A stretch of 64,000 nucleotides of DNA from Auanema rhodensis (taxonomy: Eukaryota > Animalia > Nematoda): contig OZ059894.1 of NCBI GenBank assembly GCA_964057225.1, forward strand, positions 18,166,001-18,230,000, read 5' to 3'. Both the position numbers and the translations under genes were made by a program. Positions 21,380 to 36,800 of this stretch are shown piece after piece. Within the stretch, counting starts at the first letter, position 1. Each line of letters starts with the position of its first letter. The notes below the pieces were generated by a model. The model made no database searches. It was not told the origin of the DNA and saw nothing but the letters and a program-made list of their open reading frames with translations.

Positions 21380-24300
21380 TACCATGTGCACATCACGTGT
21401 ACATTTAATTAGCATAAATTAAAGTTCACGTAAATTTCAAAGTCATGGTTACCATGCAGCAGTATCAATGAAAATTTGTTTTTGGACTAATATGGCCATA
21501 GGGAATCTAATTTTCAAAACCCCATCTCTTTATCTTTTACGGAAAGCGAGTTACATACCACGTGCCCATCACGTGTACATTTAATTAGCATAAATTAAAG
21601 TTCACGTAAATTTCAAAGTCATGGTTACCTTGCACCAGTATCAATGAAAATTTGTTTTCGGACTAATATGGCCATAGGGAATCTAATTTTCAAAACCCCA
21701 TCTCTTTATCTTTTACGGAAAGCGAGTTACATACCATGTGCACATCACGTGTACATTTAATTAGCATAAATTAAAGTTCACGTAAATTTCAAAGTCATGG
21801 TTACCATGCACCAGTATAAATGAAAATTTGTTTTTGGACTAATATGGCCATAGGGAATCTAATTTTGAAAACCCCATCTCTTTATCTTTTACGGAAAGCG
21901 AGTTACATATCATGTGCACATCACGTGTACATTTAATTAGCATAAATTAAAGTTCAAGTAAATTTTAAAGTCATGGTTACCATGCACCAATATCCATAAA
22001 AATTTGTTTTTAGACTAATATGGACATGGGGAATCTAATTTTGAAAACCGCATCTCGTTATCTTTAACGGGAAACGAGTTACATATCATGTGTACATCAC
22101 GTGTACATTTAATTAGCATAAATTAAAGTTCACGTAAATTTCAAAGTCATGGTTACCATGCACCAGTATCAATGAAAATTTGTTTTTGGACTAATATGGC
22201 CATAGGGAATCTAATTTTGAAAACGGCATCTCTTCATCTTTGAGTTACATACCATGTGTACATCACGTGTACATTTAATTAGCATAAATTAAAGTTCACG
22301 TAAATTTCAAAGTCATGGTTACCATGCACCAGTATCAATGAAAATTTGTTTTTGGACTAATATGGCCATAGGGAATCTAATTTTCAAAACCCCATCTCTT
22401 TATCTTTGACGGAAAGCGAGTTACATACCACGTGCCCATCACGTGTACATTTAATTAGCATAAATTAAAGTTCACGTAAATTTCAAAGTCATGGTTACCA
22501 TGCACCAGTATCAATGAAAATTTGTTTTTGGACTAATATGGCCATAGGGAATCTAATTTTGAAAACGGCATCTCTTCATCTTTGAGTTACATACCATGTG
22601 TACATCACGTGTACATTAAATTAGCATAAATTAAAGTTCACGTAAATTTCAAAGTCATGGTTACCAAGCACCTATATCAATAAAAATTTGTTTTTAGTCT
22701 AAAATGGCCACGGGGAATCTAATTATGAAAACCGCATCTCTTTATCTTTCACGGAAAGAGAGTTACATATCATGTGCACATCACGTGTACATTTAATTAG
22801 CATAAATTAAAGTTCACGTAAATTTAAAAGTCATGGTTACCATGCACCTATATCAATAAAAATTTGTTTTCAGTCTAATATGGAAATGGGGAATCTAATT
22901 TTGAAAACCGCATCTCTTTATCTTTTACGGGAAGCGAGTTACATACCATGTGCACATCACGTGTACATTTAATTAGCATAAATTAAAGTTCACGTAAATT
23001 TCAAAGTCATGGTTACCATGCACCAGTATCAATGAAAATTTGTTTTTGGACTAATATGGCCATAGGGAATCTAATTTTGAAAACGGCATCTCTTCATCTT
23101 TGAGTTACATACCATGTGTACATCACGTGTACATTAAATTAGCATAAATTAAAGTTCACGTAAATTTCAAAGTCATGGTTACCAAGCACCTATATCAATA
23201 AAAATTTGTTTTCAGTCTAAAATGGCCACGGGGAATCTAATTATGAAAACCGCATCTCTTTATCTTTCACGGAAAGAGAGTTACATATCATGTGCACATC
23301 ACGTGTACATTTAATTAGCATAAATTAAAGTTCACGTAAATTTAAAAGTCATGGTTACCATGCACCTATATCAATAAAAATTCGTTTTCAGTCTAATATG
23401 GCCATGGGGAATCTAATTTTGAAAACGGCATCTCTTCATCTTAGAGTTACATACCATGTGTACATCACGTGTACATTTAATTAGCATAAATTAAAGTTCA
23501 CGTAAATTTTAAAGTCATGGTTACCTTGCACCAGTATCAATGAAAATTTGTTTTTGGACTAATATGGCCATAGGGAATCTAATTTTGAAAACGGCATCTC
23601 TTCATCTTTGAGTTACATACCATGTGCACATCACGTGTACATTTAATTAGCATAAATTAAAGTTCACGTAAATTTCAAAGTCATGGTTACCATGCACCAG
23701 TATCAATGAAAATTTGTTTTTGGACTAATATGGCCATAGGGAATCTAATTTTCAAAACCCCATCTCTTTATCTTTTACGGAAAGCGAGTTACATACCACG
23801 TGCCCATCACGTGTACATTTAATTAGCATAAATTAAAGTTCACGTAAATTTCAAAGTCATGGTTACCTTGCACCAGTATCAATGAAAATTTGTTTTCGGA
23901 CTAATATGGCCATGGGGAATCTAATTTTGAAAACCGCATCTCTTTATCTTTTACGGAAAGCGAGTTACATACCATGTGCACATCACGTGTACATTTAATT
24001 AGCATAAATTAAAGTTCACGTAAATTTCAAAGTCATGGTTACCATGCACCAGTATAAATGAAAATTTGTTTTTGGACTAATATGGCCATAGGGAATCTAA
24101 TTTTGAAAACCCCATCTCTTTATCTTTTACGGAAAGCGAGTTACATATCATGTGCACATCACGTGTACATTTAATTAGCATAAATTAAAGTTCAAGTAAA
24201 TTTTAAAGTCATGGTTACCATGCACCAATATCCATAAAAATTTGTTTTTAGACTAATATGGACATGGGGAATCTAATTTTGAAAACCGCATCTCGTTATC

Positions 24301-27300
24301 TTTAACGGGAAACGAGTTACATATCATGTGTACATCACGTGTACATTTAATTAGCATAAATTAAAGTTCACGTAAATTTCAAAGTCATGGTTACCATGCA
24401 CCAGTATCAATGAAAATTTGTTTTTGGACTAATATGGCCATAGGGAATCTAATTTTGAAAACGGCATCTCTTCATCTTTGAGTTACATACCATGTGTACA
24501 TCACGTGTACATTTAATTAGCATAAATTAAAGTTCACGTAAATTTCAAAGTCATGGTTACCATGCACCAGTATCAATGAAAATTTGTTTTTGGACTAATA
24601 TGGCCATAGGGAATCTAATTTTCAAAACCCCATCTCTTTATCTTTGACGGAAAGCGAGTTACATACCACGTGCCCATCACGTGTACATTTAATTAGCATA
24701 AATTAAAGTTCACGTAAATTTCAAAGTCATGGTTACCATGCACCAGTATCAATGAAAATTTGTTTTTGGACTAATATGGCCATAGAGAATCTAATTTTGA
24801 AAACGGCATCTCTTCATCTTTGAGTTACATACCATGTGTACATCACGTGTACATTAAATTAGCATAAATTAAAGTTCACGTAAATTTCAAAGTCATGGTT
24901 ACCAAGCACCTATATCAATAAAAATTTGTTTTTAGTCTAAAATGGCCACGGGGAATCTAATTATGAAAACCGCATCTCTTTATCTTTCACGGAAAGAGAG
25001 TTACATATCATGTGCACATCACGTGTACATTTAATTAGCATAAATTAAAGTTCACGTAAATTTCAAAGTCATGGTTACCAAGCACCTATATCAATAAAAA
25101 TTTGTTTTCAGTCTAATATGGAAATGGGGAATCTAATTTTGAAAACCGCATCTCTTTATCTTTTACGGGAAGCGAGTTACATACCATGTGCACATCACGT
25201 GTACATTTAATTAGCATAAATTAAAGTTCACGTAAATTTCAAAGTCATGGTTACCATGCACCAGTATCAATGAAAATTTGTTTTTGGACTAATATGGCCA
25301 TAGGGAATCTAATTTTGAAAACGGCATCTCTTCATCTTTGAGTTACATACCATGTGTACATCACGTGTACATTAAATTAGCATAAATTAAAGTTCACGTA
25401 AATTTCAAAGTCATGGTTACCAAGCACCTATATCAATAAAAATTTGTTTTCAGTCTAAAATGGCCACGGGGAATCTAATTATGAAAACCGCATCTCTTTA
25501 TCTTTCACGGAAAGAGAGTTACATATCATGTGCACATCACGTGTACATTTAATTAGCATAAATTAAAGTTCACGTAAATTTAAAAGTCATGGTTACCATG
25601 CACCTATATCAATAAAAATTCGTTTTCAGTCTAATATGGCCATGGGGAATCTAATTTTGAAAACGGCATCTCTTCATCTTAGAGTTACATACCATGTGTA
25701 CATCACGTGTACATTTAATTAGCATAAATTAAAGTTCACGTAAATTTTAAAGTCATGGTTACCTTGCACCAGTATCAATGAAAATTTGTTTTTGGACTAA
25801 TATGGCCATAGGGAATCTAATTTTGAAAACGGCATCTCTTCATCTTTGAGTTACATACCATGTGCACATCACGTGTACATTTAATTAGCATAAATTAAAG
25901 TTCACGTAAATTTCAAAGTCATGGTTACCATGCACCAGTATCAATGAAAATTTGTTTTTGGACTAATATGGCCATAGGGAATCTAATTTTCAAAACCCCA
26001 TCTCTTTATCTTTGACGGAAAGCGAGTTACATACCACGTGCCCATCACGTGTACATTTAATTAGCATAAATTAAAGTTCACGTAAATTTCAAAGTCATGG
26101 TTACCTTGCACCAGTATCAATGAAAATTTGTTTTCGGACTAATATGGCCATGGGGAATCTAATTTTGAAAACCGCATCTCTTTATCTTTCACGGAAAGCG
26201 AGTTTCATACCATGTGCACATCACGTGTACATTTAATTAGCATAAATTAAAGTTCACGTAAATTTCAAAGTCATGGTTACCATGCACCAGTATCAATGAA
26301 AATTTGTTTTTGGACTAATATGGCCATAGGGAATCTAATTTTGAAAACGGCATCTCTTCATCTTTGAGTTACATACCATGTGTACATCACGTGTACATTA
26401 AATTAGCATAAATTAAAGTTCACGTAAATTTCAAAGTCATGGTTACCAAGCACCTATATCAATAAAAATTTGTTTTTAGTCTAAAATGGCCACGGGGAAT
26501 CTAATTATGAAAACCGCATCTCTTTATCTTTCACGGAAAGAGAGTTACATATCATGTGCACATCACGTGTACATTTAATTAGCATAAATTAAAGTTCACG
26601 TAAATTTAAAAGTCATGGTTACCATGCACCTATATCAATAAAAATTTGTTTTCAGTCTAATATGGAAATGGGGAATCTAATTTTGAAAACCGCATCTCTT
26701 TATCTTTTACGGGAAGCGAGTTACATACCATGTGCACATCACGTGTACATTTAATTAGCATAAATTAAAGTTCACGTAAATTTCAAAGTCATGGTTACCA
26801 TGCACCAGTATCAATGAAAATTTGTTTTTGGACTAATATGGCCATAGGGAATCTAATTTTGAAAACGGCATCTCTTCATCTTTGAGTTACATACCATGTG
26901 TACATCACGTGTACATTAAATTAGCATAAATTAAAGTTCACGTAAATTTCAAAGTCATGGTTACCAAGCACCTATATCAATAAAAATTTGTTTTCAGTCT
27001 AAAATGGCCACGGGGAATCTAATTATGAAAACCGCATCTCTTTATCTTTCACGGAAAGAGAGTTACATATCATGTGCACATCACGTGTACGTTTAATTAG
27101 CATAAATTAAAGTTCACGTAAATTTAAAAGTCATGGTTACCATGCACCTATATCAATAAAAATTCGTTTTCAGTCTAATATGGCCATGGGGAATCTAATT
27201 TTGAAAACGGCATCTCTTCATCTTAGAGTTACATACCATGTGTACATCACGTGTACATTTAATTAGCATAAATTAAAGTTCACGTAAATTTTAAAGTCAT

Positions 27301-27800
27301 GGTTACCTTGCACCAGTATCAATGAAAATTTGTTTTTGGACTAATATGGCCATAGGGAATCTAATTTTGAAAACGGCATCTCTTCATCTTTGAGTTACAT
27401 ACCATGTGCACATCACGTGTACATTTAATTAGCATAAATTAAAGTTCACGTAAATTTCAAAGTCATGGTTACCATGCACCAGTATCAATGAAAATTTGTT
27501 TTTGGACTAATATGGCCATAGGGAATCTAATTTTCAAAACCCCATCTCTTTATCTTTGACGGAAAGCGAGTTACATACCACGTGCCCATCACGTGTACAT
27601 TTAATTAGCATAAATTAAAGTTCACGTAAATTTCAAAGTCATGGTTACCTTGCACCAGTATCAATGAAAATTTGTTTTCGGACTAATATGGCCATGGGGA
27701 ATCTAATTTTGAAAACCGCATCTCTTTATCTTTCACGGAAAGCGAGTTTCATACCATGTGCACATCACGTGTACATTTAATTAGCATAAATTAAAGTTCA
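21380..27800 (+). repeat. HOR region: 13-mer (2238 bp) followed by a 9-mer derivative (1544 bp)
   Basis: CTCGTTA at 22057/24295 and CTTAGAG at 23443/25681 are both 2238 apart (8x176+5x166). CTTAGAG at 25681/27225 and GAGTTTC at 26205/27749 are both 1544 apart (5x176+4x166). Boundaries are approximate. Confidence 0.8.
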
Positions 27801-30800
27801 CGTAAATTTCAAAGTCATGGTTACCATGCACCAGTATAAATGAAAATTTGTTTTTGGACTAATATGGCCATAGGGAATCTAATTTTGAAAACGGCATCTC
27901 TTCATCTTTGAGTTTCATACCATGTGTACATCACGTGTACATTTAATTAGCATAAATTAAAGTTCACGTAAATTTCAAAGTCATGGTTACCATGCACCTA
28001 TATCAATAAAAATTTGTTTTTGGACTAATATGGCCATAGGGAATCTAATTTTGAAAACGGCATCTCTTCATCTTTGAGTTACATACCATGTGTACATCAC
28101 GTGTACATTTAATTAGCATAAATTAAAGTTCACGTAAATTTCAAAGTCATGGTTACCTTGCACCAGTATCAATGAAAATTTGTTTTTGGACTAATATGGC
28201 CATAGGGAATCTAATTTTGAAAACGGCATCTCTTCATCTTTGAGTTACATACCATGTGCACATCACGTGTACATTTAATTAGCATAAATTAAAGTTCACG
28301 TAAATTTCAAAGTCATGGTTACCATGCAGCAGTATCAATGAAAATTTGTTTTTGGACTAATATGGCCATAGGGAATCTAATTTTCAAAACCCCATCTCTT
28401 TATCTTTTACGGAAAGCGAGTTACATACCATGTGCACATCACGTGTACATTTAATTAGCATAAATTAAAGTTCACGTAAATTTCAAAGTCATGGTTACCA
28501 TGCACCAGTATAAATGAAAATTTGTTTTTGGACTAATATGGCCATAGGGAATCTAATTTTGAAAACCCCATCTCTTTATCTTTTACGGAAAGCGAGTTAC
28601 ATATCAAGTGCACATCACGTGTACATTTAATTAGCATAAATTAAAGTTCAAGTAAATTTTAAAGTCATGGTTACCATGCACCAATATCCATAAAAATTTG
28701 TTTTTAGACTAATATGGACATGGGGAATCTAATTTTGAAAACCGCATCTCGTTATCTTTAACGGGAAACGAGTTACATATCATGTGTACATCACGTGTAC
28801 ATTTAATTAGCATAAATTAAAGTTCACGTAAATTTCAAAGTCATGGTTACCATGCACCAGTATCAATGAAAATTTGTTTTTGGACTAATATGGCCATAGG
28901 GAATCTAATTTTGAAAACGGCATCTCTTCATCTTTGAGTTACATACCATGTGTACATCACGTGTACATTTAATTAGCATAAATTAAAGTTCACGTAAATT
29001 TCAAAGTCATGGTTACCATGCACCAGTATCAATGAAAATTTGTTTTTGGACTAATATGGCCATAGGGAATCTAATTTTCAAAACCCCATCTCTTTATCTT
29101 TGACGGAAAGCGAGTTACATACCACGTGCCCATCACGTGTACATTTAATTAGCATAAATTAAAGTTCACGTAAATTTCAAAGTCATGGTTACCATGCACC
29201 AGTATCAATGAAAATTTGTTTTTGGACTAATATGGCCATAGGGAATCTAATTTTGAAAACGGCATCTCTTCATCTTTGAGTTACATACCATGTGTACATC
29301 ACGTGTACATTAAATTAGCATAAATTAAAGTTCACGTAAATTTCAAAGTCATGGTTACCAAGCACCTATATCAATAAAAATTTGTTTTTAGTCTAAAATG
29401 GCCACGGGGAATCTAATTATGAAAACCGCATCTCTTTATCTTTCACGGAAAGAGAGTTACATATCATGTGCACATCACGTGTACATTTAATTAGCATAAA
29501 TTAAAGTTCACGTAAATTTAAAAGTCATGGTTACCATGCACCTATATCAATAAAAATTTGTTTTCAGTCTAATATGGAAATGGGGAATCTAATTTTGAAA
29601 ACCGCATCTCTTTATCTTTTACGGGAAGCGAGTTACATACCATGTGCACATCACGTGTACATTTAATTAGCATAAATTAAAGTTCACGTAAATTTCAAAG
29701 TCATGGTTACCATGCACCAGTATCAATGAAAATTTGTTTTTGGACTAATATGGCCATAGGGAATCTAATTTTGAAAACGGCATCTCTTCATCTTTGAGTT
29801 ACATACCATGTGTACATCACGTTTACATTTAATTAGCATAAATTAAAGTTCACGTAAATTTCAAAGTCATGGTTACCTTGCACCAGTATCAATGAAAATT
29901 TGTTTTTGGACTAATATGGCCATAGGGAATCTAATTTTGAAAACGGCATCTCTTCATCTTTGAGTTACATACCATGTGCACATCACGTGTACATTTAATT
30001 AGCATAAATTAAAGTTCACGTAAATTTCAAAGTCATGGTTACCATGCACCAGTATCAATGAAAATTTGTTTTTGGACTAATATGGCCATAGGGAATCTAA
30101 TTTTCAAAACCCCATCTCTTTATCTTTGACGGAAAGCGAGTTACATACCACGTGCCCATCACGTGTACATTTAATTAGCATAAATTAAAGTTCACGTAAA
30201 TTTCAAAGTCATGGTTACCTTGCACCAGTATCAATGAAAATTTGTTTTCGGACTAATATGGCCATGGGGAATCTAATTTTGAAAACCGCATCTCTTTATC
30301 TTTCACGGAAAGCGAGTTACATACCATGTGCACATCACGTGTACATTTAATTAGCATAAATTAAAGTTCACGTAAATTTCAAAGTCATGGTTACCATGCA
30401 CCAGTATAAATGAAAATTTGTTTTAGGACTAATATGGCCATAGGGAATCTAATTTTGAAAACCCCATCTCTTTATCTTTTACGGAAAGCGAGTTACATAT
30501 CATGTGCACATCACGTGTACATTTAATTAGCATAAATTAAAGTTCAAGTAAATTTTAAAGTCATGGTTACCATGCACCAGTATCAATGAAAATTTGTTTT
30601 TGGACTAATATGGCCATAGGGAATCTAATTTTGAAAACGGCATCTCTTCATCTTTGAGTTACATACCATGTGTACATCACGTGTACATTAAATTAGCATA
30701 AATTAAAGTTCACGTAAATTTCAAAGTCATGGTTACCAAGCACCTATATCAATAAAAATTTGTTTTTAGTCTAAAATGGCCACGGGGAATCTAATTATGA

Positions 30801-33800
30801 AAACCGCATCTCTTTATCTTTCACGGAAAGAGAGTTACATATCATGTGCACATCACGTGTACATATAATTAGCATAAATTAAAGTTCACGTAAATTTCAA
30901 AGTCATGGTTACCATGCACCAGTATAAATGAAAATTTGTTTTTGGACTAATATGGCCATAGGGAATCTAATTTTGAAAACCCCATCTCTTTATCTTTTAC
31001 GGAAAGCGAGTTACATATCATGTGCACATCACGTGTACATTTAATTAGCATAAACTAAAGTTCAAGTAAATTTTAAAGTCATGGTTACCATGCACCAATA
31101 TCCATAAAAATTTGTTTTTAGACTAATATGGACATGGGGAATCTAATTTTGAAAACCGCATCTCTTTATCTTTAACGGGAAACGAGTTACATATCATGTG
31201 TACATCACGTGTACATTTAATTAGCATAAATTAAAGTTCACGTAAATTTCAAAGTCATGGTTACCATGCACCAGTATCAATGAAAATTTGTTTTTGGACT
31301 AATATGGCCATAGGGAATCTAATTTTGAAAACGGCATCTCTTCATCTTTGAGTTACATACCATGTGTACATCACGTGTACATTAAATTAGCATAAATTAA
31401 AGTTCACGTAAATTTCAAAGTCATGGTTACCATGCACCTGTATCAATAAAAATTTGTTTTTAGTCTAAAATGGCCACGGGGAATCTAATTATGAAAACCG
31501 CATCTCTTTATCTTTCACGGAAAGAGAGTTACATATCATGTGCACATCACGTGTACATTTAATTAGCATAAATTAAAGTTCACGTAAATTTAAAAGTCAT
31601 GGTTACCATGCACCAGTATCAATGAAAATTTGTTTTTGGACTAATATGGCCATAGGGAATCTAATTTTGAAAACGGCATCTCTTCATCTTTGAGTTACAT
31701 ACCATGTGTACATTACGTGTACATTAAATTAGCATAAATTAAAGTTCACGTAAATTTCAAAGTCATGGTTACCATGCACCTGTATCAATAAAAATTTGTT
31801 TTTAGTCTAAAATGGCCACGGGGAATCTAATTATGAAAACCGCATCTCTTTATCTTTCACGGAAAGAGAGTTACATATCATGTGCACATCACGTGTACAT
31901 TAAATTAGCATAAATTAAAGTTCACGTAAATTTAAAAGTCATGGTTACCATGCACCTATATCAATAAAAATTTGTTTTCAGTCTAATATGGAAATGGAGA
32001 ATCTAATTTTGAAAACCGCATCTCTTTATCTTTTACGGGAAGCGAGTTACATACCAAGTGCACATCACGTGTACATTTAATTAGCATAAATTAAAGTTCA
32101 CGTAAATTTCAAAGTCATGGTTACCTTGCACCAGTATCAATGAAAATTTGTTTTCGGACTAATATGGCCATGGGGAATCTAATTTTGAAAACCGCATCTC
32201 TTTATCTTTTACGGAAAGCGAGTTACATACCATGTGCACATCACGTGTACATTTAATTAGCATAAATTAAAGTTCACGTAAATTTCAAAGTCATGGTTAC
32301 CATGCACCAGTATAAATGAAAATTTGTTTTTGGACTAATATGGCCATAGGGAATCTAATTTTGAAAACCCCATCTCTTTATCTTTTACGGAAAGCGAGTT
32401 ACATATCATGTGCACATCACGTGTACATTTAATTAGCATAAATTAAAGTTCACGTAAATTTAAAAGTCATGGTTACCATGCACCTATATCAATAAAAATT
32501 TGTTTTCAGTCTAATATGGAAATGGAGAATCTAATTTTGAAAACCGCATCTCTTTATCTTTTACGGGAAGCGAGTTACATACCAAGTGCACATCACGTGT
32601 ACATTTAATTAGCATAAATTAAAGTTCACGTAAATTTCAAAGTCATGGTTACCTTGCACCAGTATCAATAAAAATTTGTTTTTAGTCTAAAATGGCCACG
32701 GGGAATCTAATTATGGAAAACGGCATCTCTTTATCTTTCACAGAAAAAGAGTTACATATCATGTGCACATCACGTGTACATTTAATTAGCATAAATTAAA
32801 GTTCACGTAAATTTCAAAGTCATGGTTACCATGCACCAGTATAAATGAAAATTTGTTTTTGGACTAATATGGCCATAGGGAATCTAATTTTGAAAACCCC
32901 ATCTCTTTATCTTTTACGGAAAGCGAGTTACATATCATGTGCACATCACGTGTACATTTAATTAGCATAAATTAAAGTTCACGTAAATTTCAAAGTCATG
33001 GTTACCATGCACCAGTATAAATGAAAATTTGTTTTTGGACTAATATGGCCATAGGGAATCTAATTTTGAAAACCCCATCTCTTTATTTTTTACGGAAAGC
33101 GAGTTACATATCATGTGCACATCACGTGTACATTTAATTAGCATAAATTAAAGTTCAAGTAAATTTTAAAGTCATGGTTACCATGCACCAATATCCATAA
33201 AAATTTGTTTTTAGACTAATATGGACATGGGGAATCTAATTTTGAAAACCGCATCTCTTTATCTTTAACGGGAAACGAGTTACATATCATGTGTACATCA
33301 CGTGTACATTTAATTAGCATAAATTAAAGTTCACGTAAATTTCAAAGTCATGGTTACCATGCACCAGTATCAATGAAAATTTGTTTTTGGACTAATATGG
33401 ACATGGGGAATCTAATTTTGAAAACCGCATCTCTTTATCTTTTACGGGAAGCGAGTTACATACCAAGTGCACATCACGTGTACATTTAATTAGCATAAAT
33501 TAAAGTTCACGTAAATTTCAAAGTCATGGTTACCATGCACCAGTATCAATGAAAATTTGTTTTTGGACTAATATGGCCATAGGGAATCTAATTTTGAAAA
33601 CGGCATCTCTTCATCTTTGAGTTACATACCATGTGTACATCACGTGTACATTAAATTAGCATAAATTAAAGTTCACGTAAATTTCAAAGTCATGGTTACT
33701 ATGCACCTGTATCAATAAAAATTTGTTTTTAGTCTAAAATGGCCACGGGGAATCTAATTATGAAAACCGCATCTCTTTATCTTTCACGGAAAGAGAGTTA

Positions 33801-36800
33801 CATATCATGTGCACATCACGTGTACATTAAATTAGCATAAATTAAAGTTCACGTAAATTTAAAAGTCATGGTTACCATGCACCTATATCAATAAAAATTT
33901 GTTTTCAGTCTAATATGGAAATGGAGAATCTAATTTTGAAAACCGCATCTCTTTATCTTTTACGGGAAGCGAGTTACATACCAAGTGCACATCACGTGTA
34001 CATTTAATTAGCATAAATTAAAGTTCACGTAAATTTCAAAGTCATCGTTACCATGCACCTATATCAATAAAAATTTGTTTTCAGTCTAATATGGAAATGG
34101 AGAATCTAATTTTGAAAACCGCATCTCTTTATCTTTTACGGGAAGCGAGTTACATACCAAGTGCACATCAAGTGTACTTTTAATTAGCATAAATTAAAGT
34201 TCACGTAAATTTCAAAGTCATCGTTACCATGCACCTATATCAATAAAAATTTGTTTTCAGTCTAATATGGAAATGGAGAATCTAATTTTGAAAACCGCAT
34301 CTCTTTATCTTTTACGGGAAGCGAGTTACATACCAAGTGCACATCAAGTGTACTTTTAATTAGCATAAATTAAAGTTCACGTAAATTTCAAAGTCATCGT
34401 TACCATGCACCTATATCAATAAAAATTTGTTTTCAGTCTAATATGGAAATGGAGAATCTAATTTTGAAAACCGCATCTCTTTATCTTTTACGGGAAGCGA
34501 GTTACATACCAAGTGCACATCACGTGTACATTTAATTAGCATAAATTAAAGTTCACGTAAATTTCAAAGTCATGGTTATCTTGCACCAGTATCAATGAAA
34601 ATTTGTTTTCGGACTAATATGGCCATGGGGAATCTAATTTTGAAAACCGCATCTCTTTATCTTTTACGGAAAGCGAGTTACATACCATGTGCACATCACG
34701 TGTACATTTAATTAGCATAAATTAAAGTTCACGTAAATTTCAAAGTCATGGTTACCATGCACCAGTATAAATGAAAATTTGTTTTTGGACTAATATGGCC
34801 ATAGGGAATCTAATTTTGAAAACCCCATCTCTTCATCTTTTACGGAAAGCGAGTTACATATCATGTGCACATCACGTGTACATTTAATTAGCATAAATTA
34901 AAGTTCACGTAAATTTAAAAGTCATGGTTACCATGCACCTATATCAATAAAAATTTGTTTTCAGTCTAATATGGAAATGGAGAATCTAATTTTGAAAACC
35001 GCATCTCTTTATCTTTTACGGGAAGCGAGTTACATACCAAGTGCACATCACGTGTACATTTAATTAGCATAAATTAAAGTTCACGTAAATTTCAAAGTCA
35101 TGGTTACCTTGCACCAGTATCAATAAAAATTTGTTTTTAGTCTAAAATGGCCACGGGGAATCTAATTATGAAAACCGCATCTCTTTATCTTTCACGGAAA
35201 GAGAGTTACATATCATGTGCACATCACGTGTACATTTAATTAGCATAAATTAAAGTTCACGTAAATTTCAAAGTCATGGTTACCATGCACCAGTATAAAT
35301 GAAAATTTGTTTTTGGACTAATATGGCCATAGGGAATCTAATTTTGAAAACCCCATCTCTTTATCTTTTACGGAAAGCGAGTTACATATCATGTGCACAT
35401 CACGTGTACATTTAATTAGCATAAATTAAAGTTCACGTAAATTTCAAAGTCATGGTTACCATGCACCAGTATAAATGAAAATTTGTTTTTGGACTAATAT
35501 GGCTATAGGGAATCTAATTTTGAAAACCCCATCTCTTTATCTTTTACGGAAAGCGAGTTACATATCATGTGCACATCACGTGTACATTTTATTAGCATAA
35601 ATTAAAGTTCAAGTAAATTTTAAAGTCATGGTTACCATGCACCAATATCCATAAAAATTTGTTTTTAGACTAATATGGACATGGGGAATCTAATTTTGAA
35701 AACCGCATCTCTTTATCTTCAACGGGAAACGAGTTACATATCATGTGTACATCACGTGTACATTTAATTAGCATAAATTAAAGTTCACGTAAATTTCAAA
35801 GTCATGGTTACCATGCACCAGTATCAATGAAAATTTGTTTTTGGACTAATATGGACATGGGGAATCTAATTTTGAAAACCGCATCTCTTTATCTTTTACG
35901 GGAAGCGAGTTACATACCAAGTGCACATCACGTGTACATTTAATTAGCATAAATTAAAGTTCACGTAAATTTCAAAGTCATGGTTACCGTGCACCAGTAT
36001 CAATGAAAATTTGTTTTTGGACTAATATGGCCATAGGGAATCTAATTTTGAAAACGGCATCTCTTCATCTTTGAGTTACATACCATGTGTACATCACGTG
36101 TACATTGAATTAGCATAAATTAAAGTTCACGTAAATTTCAAAGTCATGGTTACCATGCACCTGTATCAATAAAAATTTGTTTTTAGTCTAAAATGGCCAT
36201 GGGGAATCTAATTTTGAAAACCGCATCTCTTTATCTTTAACGGGAAACGAGTTACATATCATGTGTACATCACGTGTACATTTAATTAGCATAAATTAAA
36301 GTTCACGTAAATTTCAAAGTCATGGTTACCATGCACCAATATCCATAAAAATTTGTTTTTAGACTAATATGGACATGGGGAATCTAATTTTGAAAACCGC
36401 ATCTCTTTATCTTCAACGGGAAACGAGTTACATATCATGTGTACATCACGTGTACATTTAATTAGCATAAATTAAAGTTCACGTAAATTTCAAAGTCATG
36501 GTTACCATGCACCAATATCCATAAAAATTTGTTTTTAGACTAATATGGACATGGGGAATCTAATTTTGAAAACCGCATCTCTTTATCTTCAACGGGAAAC
36601 GAGTTACATATCATGTGCACATCACGTGTACATTTAATTAGCATAAATTAAAGTTCACGTAAATTTCAAAGTCATGGTTACCATGCACCAGTATCAATGA
36701 AAATTTGTTTTTGGACTAATATGGCCATAGGGAATCTAATTTTGAAAACGGCATCTCTTCATCTTTGAGTTACATATCATGTGCACATCACGTGTACATT

